Assembly: GCF_001655005.1 (NCBI RefSeq)
Contig: NZ_LXET01000009.1
Coordinates: 43,706 to 107,705 of the forward strand
Direction of reading: 5' to 3'
Length of the DNA: 64,000 nt
Origin: Hafnia paralvei ATCC 29927
Lineage (GTDB): Bacteria; Pseudomonadota; Gammaproteobacteria; Enterobacterales; Enterobacteriaceae
How positions within the stretch are numbered: the stretch's first letter is position 1; every line of letters starts with the position of its first letter. Under the pieces are notes generated by a model, which was not told the origin of the DNA, did not search any database, and saw only the letters and a list, made by a program, of their open reading frames with translations. Below are positions 11,105 through 22,541 of the stretch, one piece after another. The translations under genes were made by a program, and so were the position numbers.

Positions 11105-14100
11105 ATGCCAAAACGTACTGATATAAAAAGCATCCTGATTCTGGGCGCAGGCCCGATTGTTATCGGCCAAGCATGCGAGTTCGACTACTCTGGTGCGCAG
11201 GCATGCAAAGCGCTGCGCGAAGAAGGCTACCGCGTCATTCTGGTGAACTCCAACCCAGCCACGATCATGACCGATCCAGAGATGGCTGATGCGACATACA
11301 TCGAGCCCATCCACTGGGAAGTCGTGCGCAAGATTATTGAAAAAGAGCGTCCTGATGCCGTTCTTCCGACGATGGGGGGCCAGACCGCGCTGAACTGTGC
11401 GCTGGAGCTGGAACGTCAGGGCGTACTCGCTGAGTTTGGCGTCACCATGATTGGTGCCACCGCTGACGCGATTGATAAAGCTGAAGACCGTCGCCGTTTT
11501 GATATTGCGATGAAGAAAATTGGTTTGGACACCGCGCGTTCCGGCATTGCCCACACCATGGAGGAGGCGCTTGCCGTCGCGGCTGACGTTGGCTTCCCAT
11601 GCATTATCCGCCCTTCCTTCACCATGGGGGGAACCGGTGGCGGTATTGCATATAACCGCGAAGAGTTTGAAGAGATTTGCGAGCGCGGCTTGGACCTTTC
11701 CCCAACTAAAGAATTGCTGATTGATGAATCGCTGATTGGTTGGAAAGAGTACGAGATGGAAGTGGTGCGTGATAAAAATGACAACTGCATCATCGTCTGC
11801 TCGATTGAAAACTTCGATGCGATGGGGATCCATACCGGTGACTCCATTACCGTCGCGCCAGCGCAAACGCTGACAGATAAAGAATATCAAATCATGCGTA
11901 ACGCTTCGATGGCGGTACTGCGTGAAATTGGTGTAGAGACCGGCGGTTCCAACGTACAGTTCGCGGTGAACCCGAAAAATGGCCGCCTAATTGTTATCGA
12001 AATGAACCCGCGAGTCTCCCGCTCTTCGGCGTTGGCCTCGAAAGCGACAGGTTTCCCGATTGCGAAAGTTGCGGCAAAACTGGCAGTGGGTTACACCCTT
12101 GACGAACTGATGAACGACATCACTGGCGGTCGCACTCCGGCGTCGTTCGAACCGTCTATCGACTATGTTGTCACCAAAATTCCTCGCTTCAACTTCGAAA
12201 AATTTGCAGGCGCCAATGACCGTTTGACCACCCAGATGAAATCAGTGGGTGAAGTGATGGCCATTGGCCGCACGCAGCAAGAATCCTTACAGAAAGCGTT
12301 ACGCGGGCTGGAAGTCGGCGCGGCTGGTTTTGACCCGAAAGTCAGTCTTGATGACCCTGAAGCGCTGACTAAAATCCGTCGTGAACTCAAAGACGCTGGC
12401 GCTGAGCGTATTTGGTACATCGCTGATGCCTTCCGTGCAGGGCTGTCCGTGGATGGCGTATTTAACCTGACTAACATTGACCGCTGGTTCTTGGTGCAAA
12501 TTGAAGAGTTGGTGCGCTTGGAAGAACGAGTGGCGGAAGTGGGCATTAATGGGCTGAGCTACGAATTCCTGCGCCAACTGAAGCGTAAAGGTTTTGCCGA
12601 TGCGCGTTTGGCTAAGCTGGCTGGCGTCGCGGAGACTGAGATTCGTAAACTGCGTCATAAATACAATCTGCATCCGGTCTACAAACGCGTCGATACCTGC
12701 GCCGCAGAATTTGCGACTGACACGGCTTACATGTACTCCACCTATGAAGAAGAGTGTGAGTCTAACCCGAATAACGATCGTCCAAAAATCATGGTGCTGG
12801 GTGGTGGTCCGAACCGTATCGGCCAAGGGATTGAGTTTGACTACTGCTGCGTCCATGCATCGCTGGCGCTGCGTGAAGATGGCTATGAAACCATCATGGT
12901 TAACTGTAACCCAGAAACCGTTTCAACCGACTACGACACCTCAGACCGACTGTACTTCGAACCCGTCACGCTCGAAGACGTGCTGGAAATTGTCGCAGTT
13001 GAAAAACCTCAAGGCGTCATTGTGCAATACGGCGGCCAAACTCCGCTGAAATTGGCTCGTGCGCTGGAAGCTGCGGGAGTACCGGTGATCGGCACCAGCC
13101 CTGATGCCATTGACCGTGCTGAAGACCGCGAGCGTTTCCAGCAGGCGGTGGTTCGTTTAGGCCTGAAGCAGCCAGCAAACGCGACGGTGTCAACGATTGA
13201 GCAGGCGATTGAGAAGGGCGCCGCGATCGGCTATCCGCTGGTGGTTCGTCCTTCCTACGTGCTTGGTGGGCGCGCGATGGAAATCGTTTATGACGAAATC
13301 GACCTGCGTCGCTACTTCCAGAATGCGGTTAGCGTATCTAACGACGCGCCGGTGCTGCTGGATCACTTCCTAGATGACGCCGTTGAAGTTGACGTTGATG
13401 CCATCTGCGACGGTGAGCGGGTGCTGATTGGCGGTATCATGGAGCACATCGAACAGGCGGGCGTTCACTCCGGTGACTCTGCATGCTCTTTGCCTGCCTA
13501 TACGCTGAGCCAAGAGATTCAGGACGTGATGCGTCAGCAGGCTGAAAAGCTGGCGATGGAGCTGGGCGTGCGTGGCTTGATGAACGTACAGTTTGCGGTC
13601 AAAGATAACGAAGTTTATCTGATTGAAGTTAACCCACGTGCGGCGCGTACGGTTCCGTTTGTATCGAAAGCGACGGGGGTTCCGTTAGCGAAGGTTGCGG
13701 CTCGAGTCATGGCCGGTCAAACGCTGGCTCAGCAGGGAATCACGAAAGAAGTGATTCCTCCGTACTACTCTGTGAAAGAAGTCGTGCTGCCGTTCAATAA
13801 GTTCCCGGGCGTAGACCCTATTTTAGGGCCAGAAATGCGTTCGACAGGGGAAGTGATGGGCGTGGGCCGCACCTTTGCGGAGGCCTTCTCGAAGGCGATG
13901 CTAGGCAGCCAGTCTAAGGTGAAAACGCCGGGCCGTGCGCTGTTATCGGTTCGCGAAGGGGATAAGCACCGCGTGGTGGACTTAGCCGCTAAATTACTTA
14001 AGCAAGGCTTTGAGCTGGATGCCACTCACGGTACCGCAATTGTGCTGGGTGAAGCAGGGATTAACCCTCGCTTAGTCAACAAGGTGCATGAGGGGCGTCC

Positions 14101-14329
14101 TCATATTCAGGATCGCATCAAAAACGGTGAGTATTCTTACATTGTGAATACTACCGCTGGTCGTCAGGCGATTGAAGATTCTAAGCTGATTCGCCGCAGC
14201 GCGCTGCAGTATAAAGTGCACTATGACACCACGCTTAACGGTGGTTTTGCTACTGCAATGGCACTGAACTCCGATCCAACCGATCAGGTTATCTCGGTGC
14301 AGGAAATGCACGCTCGTCTGAAAGGATAA
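11105..14329 (+). CDS. carB: Carbamoyl-phosphate synthase large subunit
   Basis: 1074 aa, duplicated ATP-grasp halves, collinear with CarB. Confidence 0.97.
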   Translation: MPKRTDIKSILILGAGPIVIGQACEFDYSGAQACKALREEGYRVILVNSNPATIMTDPEMADATYIEPIHWEVVRKIIEKERPDAVLPTMGGQTALNCALELERQGVLAEFGVTMIGATADAIDKAEDRRRFDIAMKKIGLDTARSGIAHTMEEALAVAADVGFPCIIRPSFTMGGTGGGIAYNREEFEEICERGLDLSPTKELLIDESLIGWKEYEMEVVRDKNDNCIIVCSIENFDAMGIHTGDSITVAPAQTLTDKEYQIMRNASMAVLREIGVETGGSNVQFAVNPKNGRLIVIEMNPRVSRSSALASKATGFPIAKVAAKLAVGYTLDELMNDITGGRTPASFEPSIDYVVTKIPRFNFEKFAGANDRLTTQMKSVGEVMAIGRTQQESLQKALRGLEVGAAGFDPKVSLDDPEALTKIRRELKDAGAERIWYIADAFRAGLSVDGVFNLTNIDRWFLVQIEELVRLEERVAEVGINGLSYEFLRQLKRKGFADARLAKLAGVAETEIRKLRHKYNLHPVYKRVDTCAAEFATDTAYMYSTYEEECESNPNNDRPKIMVLGGGPNRIGQGIEFDYCCVHASLALREDGYETIMVNCNPETVSTDYDTSDRLYFEPVTLEDVLEIVAVEKPQGVIVQYGGQTPLKLARALEAAGVPVIGTSPDAIDRAEDRERFQQAVVRLGLKQPANATVSTIEQAIEKGAAIGYPLVVRPSYVLGGRAMEIVYDEIDLRRYFQNAVSVSNDAPVLLDHFLDDAVEVDVDAICDGERVLIGGIMEHIEQAGVHSGDSACSLPAYTLSQEIQDVMRQQAEKLAMELGVRGLMNVQFAVKDNEVYLIEVNPRAARTVPFVSKATGVPLAKVAARVMAGQTLAQQGITKEVIPPYYSVKEVVLPFNKFPGVDPILGPEMRSTGEVMGVGRTFAEAFSKAMLGSQSKVKTPGRALLSVREGDKHRVVDLAAKLLKQGFELDATHGTAIVLGEAGINPRLVNKVHEGRPHIQDRIKNGEYSYIVNTTAGRQAIEDSKLIRRSALQYKVHYDTTLNGGFATAMALNSDPTDQVISVQEMHARLKG

Positions 14330-14348
14330 CCTGTATTTTGTTATATAA

Positions 14349-14388
14349 AGCCTGACTTCGGTTGGGCTTTTTTTTTAGGAATTTTCAC
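14349..14388 (+). terminator. Rho-independent terminator after carB
   Basis: AAGCCTGAC-TTCG-GTTGGGCTT stem followed by a 9-T run. Confidence 0.8.
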
Positions 14389-14562
14389 TCCATTCAAAAA
14401 GTTGAGAAACTTATTTAAATATTTCGGATTTTATTTTTCTCTATTGCTGTCATGCTATTCACTGAGTTAGACCTTAAGTTTTACCTGTTTCATCTAGCCG
14501 ATATTAATGACATTAATATTTGTGTCTAAGATAAATTAAGGCTTCCGTACAACGAGAATCGC

Positions 14563-15135
14563 ATGATCCTGATTATTTACGCCCATCCTTATCCTCGGCA
14601 TTCTCATGCCAATAAGCGCCTATTAGACGCGGTGTCTAATATTCCAGAAGTCAAAGTCCGTTCGCTCTATGACCTTTACCCCGATTTTAATATCAACGTG
14701 GCTGCCGAGCAGCAAGCACTTAGTCAGGCCGACCTGATTATCCTGCAACACCCGATGCAGTGGTATAGCGTGCCGCCGTTGCTCAAACTATGGATGGACA
14801 AGGTTTTGGAGCACGGTTGGGCCTACGGACATAACGGTAAAGCTTTGGAAGGCAAGGATTTCATGTGGGCGGTCACCACTGGGGGTAACGATCACCATTT
14901 TGATTTGGGCGATCATCCCACTTTTCCGGTTTTGTCCCAGCCAATCCAAGCCACGGCTCTTTACTGTGGTATGAATTGGCTGCCTTATTTTGCCGAACAT
15001 AATACGTTTTCCTGTGATGAGCCTGCGCTTATACGCGCCAGTGAGAGCTATCGCCGGCGCCTGATGAACTATCTGATGCTGCATGCCGAAACGGAATTAC
15101 CGCCAACCGATGCAGAGGAACCGACTCATGGATAA
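14563..15135 (+). CDS. kefF: Glutathione-regulated K+ efflux ancillary protein / NAD(P)H quinone oxidoreductase
   Basis: [11 protein letters not shown]… flavodoxin-like fold. The 3' end overlaps kefC. Confidence 0.9.
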   Translation: MILIIYAHPYPRHSHANKRLLDAVSNIPEVKVRSLYDLYPDFNINVAAEQQALSQADLIILQHPMQWYSVPPLLKLWMDKVLEHGWAYGHNGKALEGKDFMWAVTTGGNDHHFDLGDHPTFPVLSQPIQATALYCGMNWLPYFAEHNTFSCDEPALIRASESYRRRLMNYLMLHAETELPPTDAEEPTHG

Positions 15136-17014
15136 TCACGGCATGATGATTGAGGGGCTGATTTATCTTGGCTCTGCGGCGCTGTTCGTGCCACTTGCGG
15201 TACGCCTAGGTCTAGGCTCGGTTTTAGGCTATTTGATTGCGGGTTGCATCATCGGTCCGTGGGGGCTAAGGCTGGTATCGGATGCGGAATCTATCCTCAC
15301 CTTTGCTGAGATCGGCGTGGTGTTGATGCTGTTTGTCATCGGGCTTGAGTTGGACCCTAAACGCCTATGGACGTTACGTGCTTCGGTGTTTGGCGGCGGT
15401 AGTATTCAGATGGTGGGCTGCGGTCTGGTGCTGAGTCTGTTCTGCTATCTGCTGGGATTAAGTTGGCAGGTCGCGTTGCTCATTGGTTTAACGCTGGCAC
15501 TTTCTTCGACCGCAATTGCGATGCAGGCGATGAGCGAGCGTAATTTAACGCCTTCTCCGGTTGGGCGTTCCTCGTTTGCGGTGCTGCTGTTTCAGGACAT
15601 TGCCGCGATTCCACTGGTTGCGATGATCCCCTTGCTCGCCAGCAGTGGTGCGACGACGACCATGGGCGCATTTGCCATGTCAGCGGCTAAGGTAGTCGGA
15701 GCGTTAGCGGTTGTGATCCTGCTTGGGCGCTATGTCACTCGTCCACTGCTGCATTTTGTGGCTCGCTCTGGTATGCGAGAAGTGTTTAGCGCCGTGGCAT
15801 TGTTCTTGGTGTTTGGTTTCGGTGTGCTGCTGGAAATGGCCGGAATGTCGATGGCGATGGGGGCATTTTTGGCTGGCGTGCTTCTGGCGAGCTCAGAGTA
15901 TCGACATGCACTCGAAAGTGATATTCAGCCGTTTAAGGGATTGTTACTTGGGCTGTTTTTTATCGGTGTGGGGATGTCGATCGATTTTGGCACGCTGTTT
16001 AGTCACCCATTACTGATTGCGACGCTGCTGTTTGGATTTCTGATCCTTAAGGGAGTTTTGCTCTGGCTAGCGGCTCCTATTTTGGGCGTGCCGCGCAAGC
16101 AACGCGCGTTGTTTGCCGTTCTGTTAGGGCAGGGAAGTGAATTTGCATTTGTGGTCTTTGGGGCCGCGCAAATGGCGGGGGTGTTACCTGCTGAATGGGC
16201 GAAATCGCTGACGCTGGCAGTGGCGTTATCAATGGCGGTAACACCGATTTTGCTGGTGATTTATTCGCGGCTCGAGAAGAACGTTAAGCAGGAAGAGCGA
16301 CCACAGGACATTATCGATGACGAAAATGCCAGTGTGATTATTGCCGGTTTTGGCCGCTTCGGACAGATCGCGGGGCGCCTACTGTTAGCCAATGATGTGC
16401 ATACGGTGGTGCTGGATCACGATCCCGATCACGTTGAAACGTTGCGTAAATTTGGCATGAAGGTCTTTTATGGCGACGCAACTCGCGTCGATTTGCTGGA
16501 GTCTGCTGGTGCGGCGAAGGCCAAAGTCTTAATCAACGCCATCGACGATGTAGACGCCAATCTGCAACTTACCGAGTTGGCGCAGGAACATTTTCCACAC
16601 CTGAAAATTATTGCGCGCGCGCGTGATGTCGATCACTACTATCAACTACGCCAGCGCGGGGTTGAGTTTGTCGAACGAGAGTTGTTTGAAGGTTCGCTGC
16701 GCGTAGGGAGAAATGTCTTAGAACACCTTGGCTGTGGTGCGTATGAAGCACGTGAAAAGGCAGATATTTTCCGTCGCTACAATGTGCAGATGCTGGAAGA
16801 TACGGTGCCTAACTACGAGGATGTCGAATTCCGTTTGGCGAGCTTACAGCGGGCTAAAGAGATGTTGAGTCAGGCGATAGAACACGATAAGGCGCGTTTG
16901 ACCATTGCTCAGCAAAGCGGTTGGCGCGGTAGTATCGATGGTAAGTCACCGGATCTCGATCCTATGGTAACCATTCATGAAGAGGACGTGCCGAAGTTTC
17001 AGAAAGAGGCATAG
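15128..17014 (+). CDS. kefC: Glutathione-regulated potassium-efflux system protein KefC. The ORF is open from 15083, but the start is taken as MDNHG… at 15128.
   Basis: [26 protein letters not shown]… is a CPA2 antiporter with a C-terminal KTN/RCK domain. It aligns with E. coli KefC from the internal Met. Confidence 0.9.
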   Translation: MDNHGMMIEGLIYLGSAALFVPLAVRLGLGSVLGYLIAGCIIGPWGLRLVSDAESILTFAEIGVVLMLFVIGLELDPKRLWTLRASVFGGGSIQMVGCGLVLSLFCYLLGLSWQVALLIGLTLALSSTAIAMQAMSERNLTPSPVGRSSFAVLLFQDIAAIPLVAMIPLLASSGATTTMGAFAMSAAKVVGALAVVILLGRYVTRPLLHFVARSGMREVFSAVALFLVFGFGVLLEMAGMSMAMGAFLAGVLLASSEYRHALESDIQPFKGLLLGLFFIGVGMSIDFGTLFSHPLLIATLLFGFLILKGVLLWLAAPILGVPRKQRALFAVLLGQGSEFAFVVFGAAQMAGVLPAEWAKSLTLAVALSMAVTPILLVIYSRLEKNVKQEERPQDIIDDENASVIIAGFGRFGQIAGRLLLANDVHTVVLDHDPDHVETLRKFGMKVFYGDATRVDLLESAGAAKAKVLINAIDDVDANLQLTELAQEHFPHLKIIARARDVDHYYQLRQRGVEFVERELFEGSLRVGRNVLEHLGCGAYEAREKADIFRRYNVQMLEDTVPNYEDVEFRLASLQRAKEMLSQAIEHDKARLTIAQQSGWRGSIDGKSPDLDPMVTIHEEDVPKFQKEA

Positions 17015-17019
17015 TCTTC

Positions 17020-17052
17020 CGCCCTCTTCTTCTTTGATATAAGAAGAGGGCG
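17020..17052. terminator. 12-bp hairpin between convergent kefC and the lysE-family gene
   Basis: CGCCCTCTTCTT-ctttgatat-AAGAAGAGGGCG. No clean U-tract follows, so it is a probable bidirectional terminator. Confidence 0.55.
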
Positions 17053-17058
17053 TCTTAA

Positions 17059-17673
17059 TTAGCTTAAGGCAACTTTCAAGCCTAATCCAATCAGCATCAC
17101 ACCCAGTAAACGATCGATGATTTTCTGCGCTTTTGTCAGAGCACGGCGCACCGGGGCGCTTTGAATCAGTATCACCAACATCGGCCACCAAATGAAAGAT
17201 AAACCTAAAATTATCCCCGCATACCACAGTTTTTCAATAAAACCTGAGTTAACCTCTAATACTTGAGTAAATACCGCTAAGAAAAACAGCGTGGCTTTAG
17301 GGTTAAGCAGGTTACACAGGTAGCCTTGTAAGAATGCACTTTTCAGGCTGACATTGAGAGGTGCTTGGCTATCTAGATGAATTTTACTGCCGCCACGAGA
17401 AAGTAGGGCGTGGATACCAATCCAAACGAGATAAGCGGCACCGGCGTATTTCAGGATATTAAATAGCCATGGTGTCGTGGTGATAACAACGGCCAAGCCT
17501 GCAACACAATATGACATATGGGTGGCGACACCGCAGATAACACCGAGTGCGGTCATCATGCCCGCCTGACGTCGATAGCGCGCCGCATTTTTGATCACTA
17601 AAAAGAAATCAGGGCCGGGCGATAACATCCCTAATGTCGCAATACTTGCAACAAACAACGAGGTTTCGAGCAT
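17059..17673 (-). CDS. LysE/RhtB-family amino-acid exporter
   Basis: 204 aa with six TM segments. The N-terminal LSPGPDFF motif is typical of the RhtB/LysE family. Confidence 0.8.
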   Translation of the reverse strand: MLETSLFVASIATLGMLSPGPDFFLVIKNAARYRRQAGMMTALGVICGVATHMSYCVAGLAVVITTTPWLFNILKYAGAAYLVWIGIHALLSRGGSKIHLDSQAPLNVSLKSAFLQGYLCNLLNPKATLFFLAVFTQVLEVNSGFIEKLWYAGIILGLSFIWWPMLVILIQSAPVRRALTKAQKIIDRLLGVMLIGLGLKVALS

Positions 17674-17837
17674 GATGAGATCCGTGATGTAGGTGGTTAA
17701 AACAAGATAATAACGCCGCCTTTCCGTGAGTGTATCAGATCTATTAAGGAGCTATATCGGTGATGTCATAAGAATTGAGGTGAGTTGTTTTTAAACGATA
17801 GTGGTATGGATAATAATCAATTGAGTCAGGAATAACC

Positions 17838-18614
17838 ATGGATGTGGATTCAGACAGGCAGCGGGAGCTCACGCGACTGTGCATACAATGCGCGCTTTTT
17901 TTATTGCAGCACGGCGCTGAAAGTATGCTGGTCGAGCAGCTTTCCTCTCGTCTAGGCATTGCGCTAGGGGCTGAGAGTGTTGAAAGCTCTATCTCTGCGA
18001 ATGCGGTGGTGCTCAGCACGATCATTAATGGTCACTGTATGACGTCGACGCGCAAGAACGTCGATCGCGGTATCAATATGCATGTGGTGACGGAAGTGCA
18101 GCATATTGTGATTATGGCTGAACACCATTTGCTAGACATTAAAGATGTTCGCCGCCGCTTTGAGCATATCAAGCCGTTGCGCTATCCGCGCTGGCTGCTG
18201 GTGTTAATGGTCGGGCTTTCTTGTGGCTGCTTTTGCAAACTGAACGGTGGAGGTTGGGACGGTTCTGTCGTGGCATTTATGGCCAGCGCCGTGGCGATGT
18301 ATGTGCGTCAGGTGCTCACGCAGCGGCAAATGCATCCACAAATTAACTTCTGCATCACGGCTTTCGTTGCAACCAGCGTGTCGGGATTGCTGATCCAATA
18401 CGATCCATTCAAAACAACCTCGACTATTGCGATGGCGGCGAGCGTGCTGTTGCTGGTGCCGGGATTTCCTCTGATAAATGCCGTGGCAGATATGTTTAAA
18501 GGCCATGTGAATACTGGGCTTGCACGATGGGCGATGGCTTCGTTGCTGACCCTAGCAACCTGTATTGGTGTGGTGATGGCGATGTCGTTGTGGGGGCTAA
18601 GAGGATGGATTTAA
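17838..18614 (+). CDS. yjjP: ThrE/YjjP-family putative threonine/serine exporter subunit
   Basis: 258 aa, resembling E. coli YjjP (ThrE/YjjP family). Paired and overlapping with the downstream yjjB-like gene. Confidence 0.75.
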   Translation: MDVDSDRQRELTRLCIQCALFLLQHGAESMLVEQLSSRLGIALGAESVESSISANAVVLSTIINGHCMTSTRKNVDRGINMHVVTEVQHIVIMAEHHLLDIKDVRRRFEHIKPLRYPRWLLVLMVGLSCGCFCKLNGGGWDGSVVAFMASAVAMYVRQVLTQRQMHPQINFCITAFVATSVSGLLIQYDPFKTTSTIAMAASVLLLVPGFPLINAVADMFKGHVNTGLARWAMASLLTLATCIGVVMAMSLWGLRGWI

Positions 18615-19078
18615 TCGATTTGTTGCTCGCGCTGCTGCAAGACATGATTTTGGCCGCGGTGCCCGCAGTGGGTTTTGCCTTGGTGTTTAATGTGCCGGTT
18701 CGTGCTTTACGTTACTGCGCACTGCTCGGCGCTATTGGCCATGGCTCACGTATGCTCATGATGCATTTTGGCATTAACATCGAGTGGTCTACTTTGGGCG
18801 CGGCAATATTGATTGGCGTGCTGGGCATTCAATGGTCTCGCAGGCTGCTTGCTCACCCGAAAGTCTTTACCGTTGCGGCGGTGATCCCTATGTTTCCGGG
18901 GATTTATGCTTATACGGCGATGATCTCCGTGGTGAAAATTTCACATCAGGGTTTTAGCGATGCGCTGTTTGAAACGATGGTGACAAACTTCCTAAAAGCG
19001 TCATTTATTGTCGGTGCGCTCTCCATCGGCCTGTCGTTGCCAGGATTATGGTTATATCGTAAGCGCCCGAGTGTATAA
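18605..19078 (+). CDS. yjjB: YjjB-family inner-membrane protein, partner of YjjP. The ORF is open from 18527, but the start is taken at Met 18605.
   Basis: Hydrophobic 157-aa protein [31 protein letters not shown]…. Its start overlaps the yjjP stop. Confidence 0.7.
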   Translation: MDLIDLLLALLQDMILAAVPAVGFALVFNVPVRALRYCALLGAIGHGSRMLMMHFGINIEWSTLGAAILIGVLGIQWSRRLLAHPKVFTVAAVIPMFPGIYAYTAMISVVKISHQGFSDALFETMVTNFLKASFIVGALSIGLSLPGLWLYRKRPSV

Positions 19079-19200
19079 ATAATGTTGGTTTATCTGAGAG
19101 TTAGTTTAAGTAGCGCTAAATGACGTCATCTGGCTATCGACACCTGCAACCCCTTTACTTATAGTGTGCGCAATTTTTCTACTTGATAGGATCGACCATC

Positions 19201-19683
19201 ATGAATATCAGCCTGATTGCTGCGCTTGCGGCAGATCGTGTTATTGGTATGGAAAACGCGATGCCGTGGCATTTACCGGCTGATCTCGCGTGGTTTAAAC
19301 GTAATACGCTGGATAAACCGGTTATTATGGGGCGTAAAACATTTGAATCTATTGGCCGTCCTTTACCTGGACGTCACAACATTGTATTGAGTAGCCAAGC
19401 AGGTACTGACGATCGCGTGACGTGGGTGGTTTCACCTGAGGCTGCTATTGCCGCTGCGGGCGATGTGGAAGAGGTGATGGTGATTGGTGGTGGCAGCATT
19501 TATTCTCAATTCCTGCCGTTAGCCCAACGCATGTACCTGACGCATGTTGATGCTGAAGTGGGAGGTGATACCTACTTCCCTGATTACGAGCCAGATGAAT
19601 GGGAAACCACATTTAGCGAGTTTCATGATGCAGACAGCGCTAACTCGCACGGCTATTGCTTTGAGATTTTACATAAGCGCTAA
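19201..19683 (+). CDS. folA: Dihydrofolate reductase (start at MNISLIAAL)
   Basis: Aligns residue for residue with E. coli DHFR ([40 protein letters not shown]…). The internal Met at 19201 matches the E. coli start. Confidence 0.93.
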   Translation: MNISLIAALAADRVIGMENAMPWHLPADLAWFKRNTLDKPVIMGRKTFESIGRPLPGRHNIVLSSQAGTDDRVTWVVSPEAAIAAAGDVEEVMVIGGGSIYSQFLPLAQRMYLTHVDAEVGGDTYFPDYEPDEWETTFSEFHDADSANSHGYCFEILHKR

Positions 19684-19703
19684 TCACGCATGACCTATGC
19701 GAT

Positions 19704-19733
19704 TAAATACCCTTCAAGGCTGAAGGGTATTTA
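19704..19733. terminator. Bidirectional hairpin terminator between folA and the LysR gene
   Basis: AATACCCTTCA-aggc-TGAAGGGTATT, an 11-bp stem flanked by A/T runs. Confidence 0.6.
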
Positions 19734-19754
19734 AAATAGCTGAATAAGATTATG

Positions 19755-20678
19755 TTAATTCACGTTTTTTAACGCAACTGGCGCAGCGATTCGCGTTGGT
19801 GATAGATGGCTGACAATGCTTTCCGCAATATCTGACATTCCATTCGATTTATTATAAATCATATATATAGATGCAGAGGGTAATTGATTACTCGAATCAA
19901 TCATTGCGACATCGAAAGACTGCGAAAATTTCCCATATAGCCATTTGGGTAATACACCCACTTTATCAGAGTCCTCAATAATAGACAGAAGGGCAAAGCA
20001 GGAGTCGCTCTTTAGCAACGTCAATCTTTCCCCGAAAGTCTTTCTGATATGAAATTTCTGTGGGTTGAATTTTTCATCAGGCGTTTCGAAAGCAATGAAC
20101 GTTTCATGGCTAACATCGCCGCATAAAAGTTGATTAATTCTTGGATGCTGCTTAGAACAGAAAAGGCATAATGGATCGTCTAAGACAGCAGTATTGATCA
20201 TTGAACGACTTAGATTCGGCTTAAGGTCGAAAAACAGATCGTTCATCCGCAGTCTGACACCCTGAATATTGTTTTTGGTATCTGAGAAATTGCTTCGATG
20301 AATTATTTCGCAGTCAGGGTTTTTTTGCCAGATAATATTAGACACATCGGCAAGTAATCGCGTAGAGATATAAGGTGAGCAATGGACTGATATTTGGCTG
20401 AAATTGTTGATTTTGCCAAATGAATTCACGTTTCTGACTAATTTATCAACGTCATCTTGCAAATAGCTAAATAGTTCATGAGCTATTTTTGTCGGTGCCA
20501 GATTTAGTCCCTCTCTTAAAAAGAGCGGATCGCCAAAATGACTTTTCAGTTTGGTTAATGCATTAGAGACGGCCGTGGTTGAAAGACCAAGGGTAATACC
20601 TGCTTTAGTTATACTTTGATGTATATATATTTCAATAAAAATAGGTAAGAGATTTAGGTCTAATTTTTTTTCGTCCAT
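19755..20678 (-). CDS. LysR-family transcriptional regulator (fimbrial-island copy 1)
   Basis: N-terminal HTH LNLLPIFIEIYIHQSITKAGITLGLSTTAVSNALTKLK. Roughly 60% identical to the 28208–29113 paralogue. Confidence 0.8.
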   Translation of the reverse strand: MDEKKLDLNLLPIFIEIYIHQSITKAGITLGLSTTAVSNALTKLKSHFGDPLFLREGLNLAPTKIAHELFSYLQDDVDKLVRNVNSFGKINNFSQISVHCSPYISTRLLADVSNIIWQKNPDCEIIHRSNFSDTKNNIQGVRLRMNDLFFDLKPNLSRSMINTAVLDDPLCLFCSKQHPRINQLLCGDVSHETFIAFETPDEKFNPQKFHIRKTFGERLTLLKSDSCFALLSIIEDSDKVGVLPKWLYGKFSQSFDVAMIDSSNQLPSASIYMIYNKSNGMSDIAESIVSHLSPTRIAAPVALKNVN

Positions 20679-20849
20679 TCTGTACTCACATTCAATCCTG
20701 TTGAATATAATTTTTAGGCAGATAAAAACGTTAATATCTGCTGAATGAATTTCCTATCTCACTTTTCTCGATGAATTTTTAAGATGATTATCTTTCAAAC
20801 AATAATCATTGTTAAAGCAGCATCTGGTATATTGCAGATGCTGCTTTGA

Positions 20850-21377
20850 CTACCCATAAAAAAATGTTAACTCCATTTGCCCTGTGACCGTGCCTGACGT
20901 TGCCCCCCCCTGAGGAGAAACCATCTGCGCCTTCATAGGGAAAGATGCGGTGTGCGTTTTAGGGTCGATATTGATTTTGGTTGAAGTGCCTGGATTAAGC
21001 GCTTTTCCATCCGCATCATTAACGACATCGATAACCACATTCGTACTGGTGCCGGTATTTTTATAATACTGAGTATAAACAGGATCGGTTGTCCCACCCA
21101 ACGTTAACGTCACCGTGGTGCTGGTGGATGGGCATTTTTCTAGGTCAACTTTAAATGGCACCCAGGTCGTCGTGCTACCTGCGGTGGTTAAATTTGACGA
21201 AGTGTAAGCTCCCAAGTCAACCTCAGGCGTTGCCACCAGTGCGCAAGGAGAGGCAGTCACTGTTGCGTTCACCGCCAAATTTGTATCTGCATCCGCCATG
21301 CAAGGCATCGCGTGAAGCAGTAATGTGGCAGTGATGCAATATGCAGAAATCTGCAATCTGCTATTAAAGATGCGCAT
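20850..21377 (-). CDS. Fimbrial minor subunit
   Basis: 175 aa with a signal peptide, a Cys pair, and a C-terminal pilin beta-strand (…GQMELTFFYG). Confidence 0.75.
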   Translation of the reverse strand: MRIFNSRLQISAYCITATLLLHAMPCMADADTNLAVNATVTASPCALVATPEVDLGAYTSSNLTTAGSTTTWVPFKVDLEKCPSTSTTVTLTLGGTTDPVYTQYYKNTGTSTNVVIDVVNDADGKALNPGTSTKINIDPKTHTASFPMKAQMVSPQGGATSGTVTGQMELTFFYG

Positions 21378-21396
21378 AATTTACCTGCTTATAATA

Positions 21397-21930
21397 TCAA
21401 TGGTATGCGTAGGTAACCTCAATCGGCGTGGTGTAAACACCCGGCTTGACGCCTCCTGCAATAGAGTGCATATAGGCTTTCAATTTAAATGTCGCTGCGC
21501 CGCCAGACGGTGTTACCGTATAGGTGTTAGCAGTATTGCTGATCACGGCGCTGGTATCAGCATTTGCTAGGCGAATACTGCCCGTTGTCACGATGGTACC
21601 GCCTGAATCTTTCATGCCGAAGCCACTGGTGTCGCCTGCAACAGACGGGCCACTAAATTTGGCATCAATGCTTGTCGTGGTAGACGGGCAGCCAGACAGA
21701 TCAATATTTGCAGTACCAGATGCTATCGAATCTACGCCTGCCGTAGCCACTTCACTGGCGTCTAGGGTAAATCCAATATTGATTGTGCTCGGCGCTTTCA
21801 CCGTGCACGGCGTTGCGGTGACGGTTGCCGTAATATTAATGGTGGTATCAGCCGCCGCCTGAGCATTGACTGCTGAAATCATTCCTACCACAGCGAATGT
21901 GCTCAGGAGAGATAATTTTTTATATTGCAT
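21397..21930 (-). CDS. Fimbrial subunit
   Basis: 177 aa with a signal peptide and a pilin-like C-terminus …PIEVTYAYH. Confidence 0.75.
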   Translation of the reverse strand: MQYKKLSLLSTFAVVGMISAVNAQAAADTTINITATVTATPCTVKAPSTINIGFTLDASEVATAGVDSIASGTANIDLSGCPSTTTSIDAKFSGPSVAGDTSGFGMKDSGGTIVTTGSIRLANADTSAVISNTANTYTVTPSGGAATFKLKAYMHSIAGGVKPGVYTTPIEVTYAYH

Positions 21931-22001
21931 GATAAGTCCTTTTTATTTCCGGTAATAGAGTGTGTAAACGCTCAGTTTTAATGAGCGATGCTTGTAACGA
22001 A

Positions 22002-22526
22002 TTAGTTGTAACTAAAGGTCGCTGTCACTACCGCTCTAACGGTGCCTGGTGTTGCAGCACCATTTCCGTTATTTAACAACCGCGCTTTCAATGGAATTGA
22101 AATAGCGGTTTGCTGGGGTTGTAGCTGGAAAGCCTGCACTGAACTATTCTGGTAACTGATGTTTTTATCATCGCCAGACAGTTCAATCATAATATTATTT
22201 GCCGTGCCTTCATTTTTATAAAACTGAATATCTTGGTCTGGTGTGCCTGCCATCCTCATATATATTTTTAAGCCGGGTTCACAGTTTGTCAGTTCAATGC
22301 TGTGTCCGCTATTCCACTCTGTCATATTACCGAGTGTTTCCAGCATATTGGCCCCAATCGCATCTTCAAATACAATATCCACGTTGCTGGTGTGAACTTC
22401 GCACGTAGCAGGCCGTACACCAATGGAATAATTAATGGTGAAGTTATTCACATCTGAAGCTATACCGGATTGCATTGCCAGCAGGAATAACGAGAATGAC
22501 ATTCCGTAAGACAGTAATTTTTTCAT
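22002..22526 (-). CDS. Fimbrial minor subunit
   Basis: 174 aa with a signal peptide and C-terminus …VTATFSYN. Confidence 0.75.
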   Translation of the reverse strand: MKKLLSYGMSFSLFLLAMQSGIASDVNNFTINYSIGVRPATCEVHTSNVDIVFEDAIGANMLETLGNMTEWNSGHSIELTNCEPGLKIYMRMAGTPDQDIQFYKNEGTANNIMIELSGDDKNISYQNSSVQAFQLQPQQTAISIPLKARLLNNGNGAATPGTVRAVVTATFSYN

Positions 22527-22541
22527 TTTAAATTCCTGGCC

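Noticed and set aside
11039-11890. 283-aa antisense ORF spanning the carA/carB junction, plus other long antisense ORFs inside carB, the usher, rapA and polB
   Set aside because: They are antisense to highly conserved genes with clear orthology. They reflect GC-rich codon bias, not genes.
15723-16016. Cys/Trp-rich 97-aa ORF inside kefC
   Set aside because: It is an alternate frame of the kefC membrane domain and has no independent signals.
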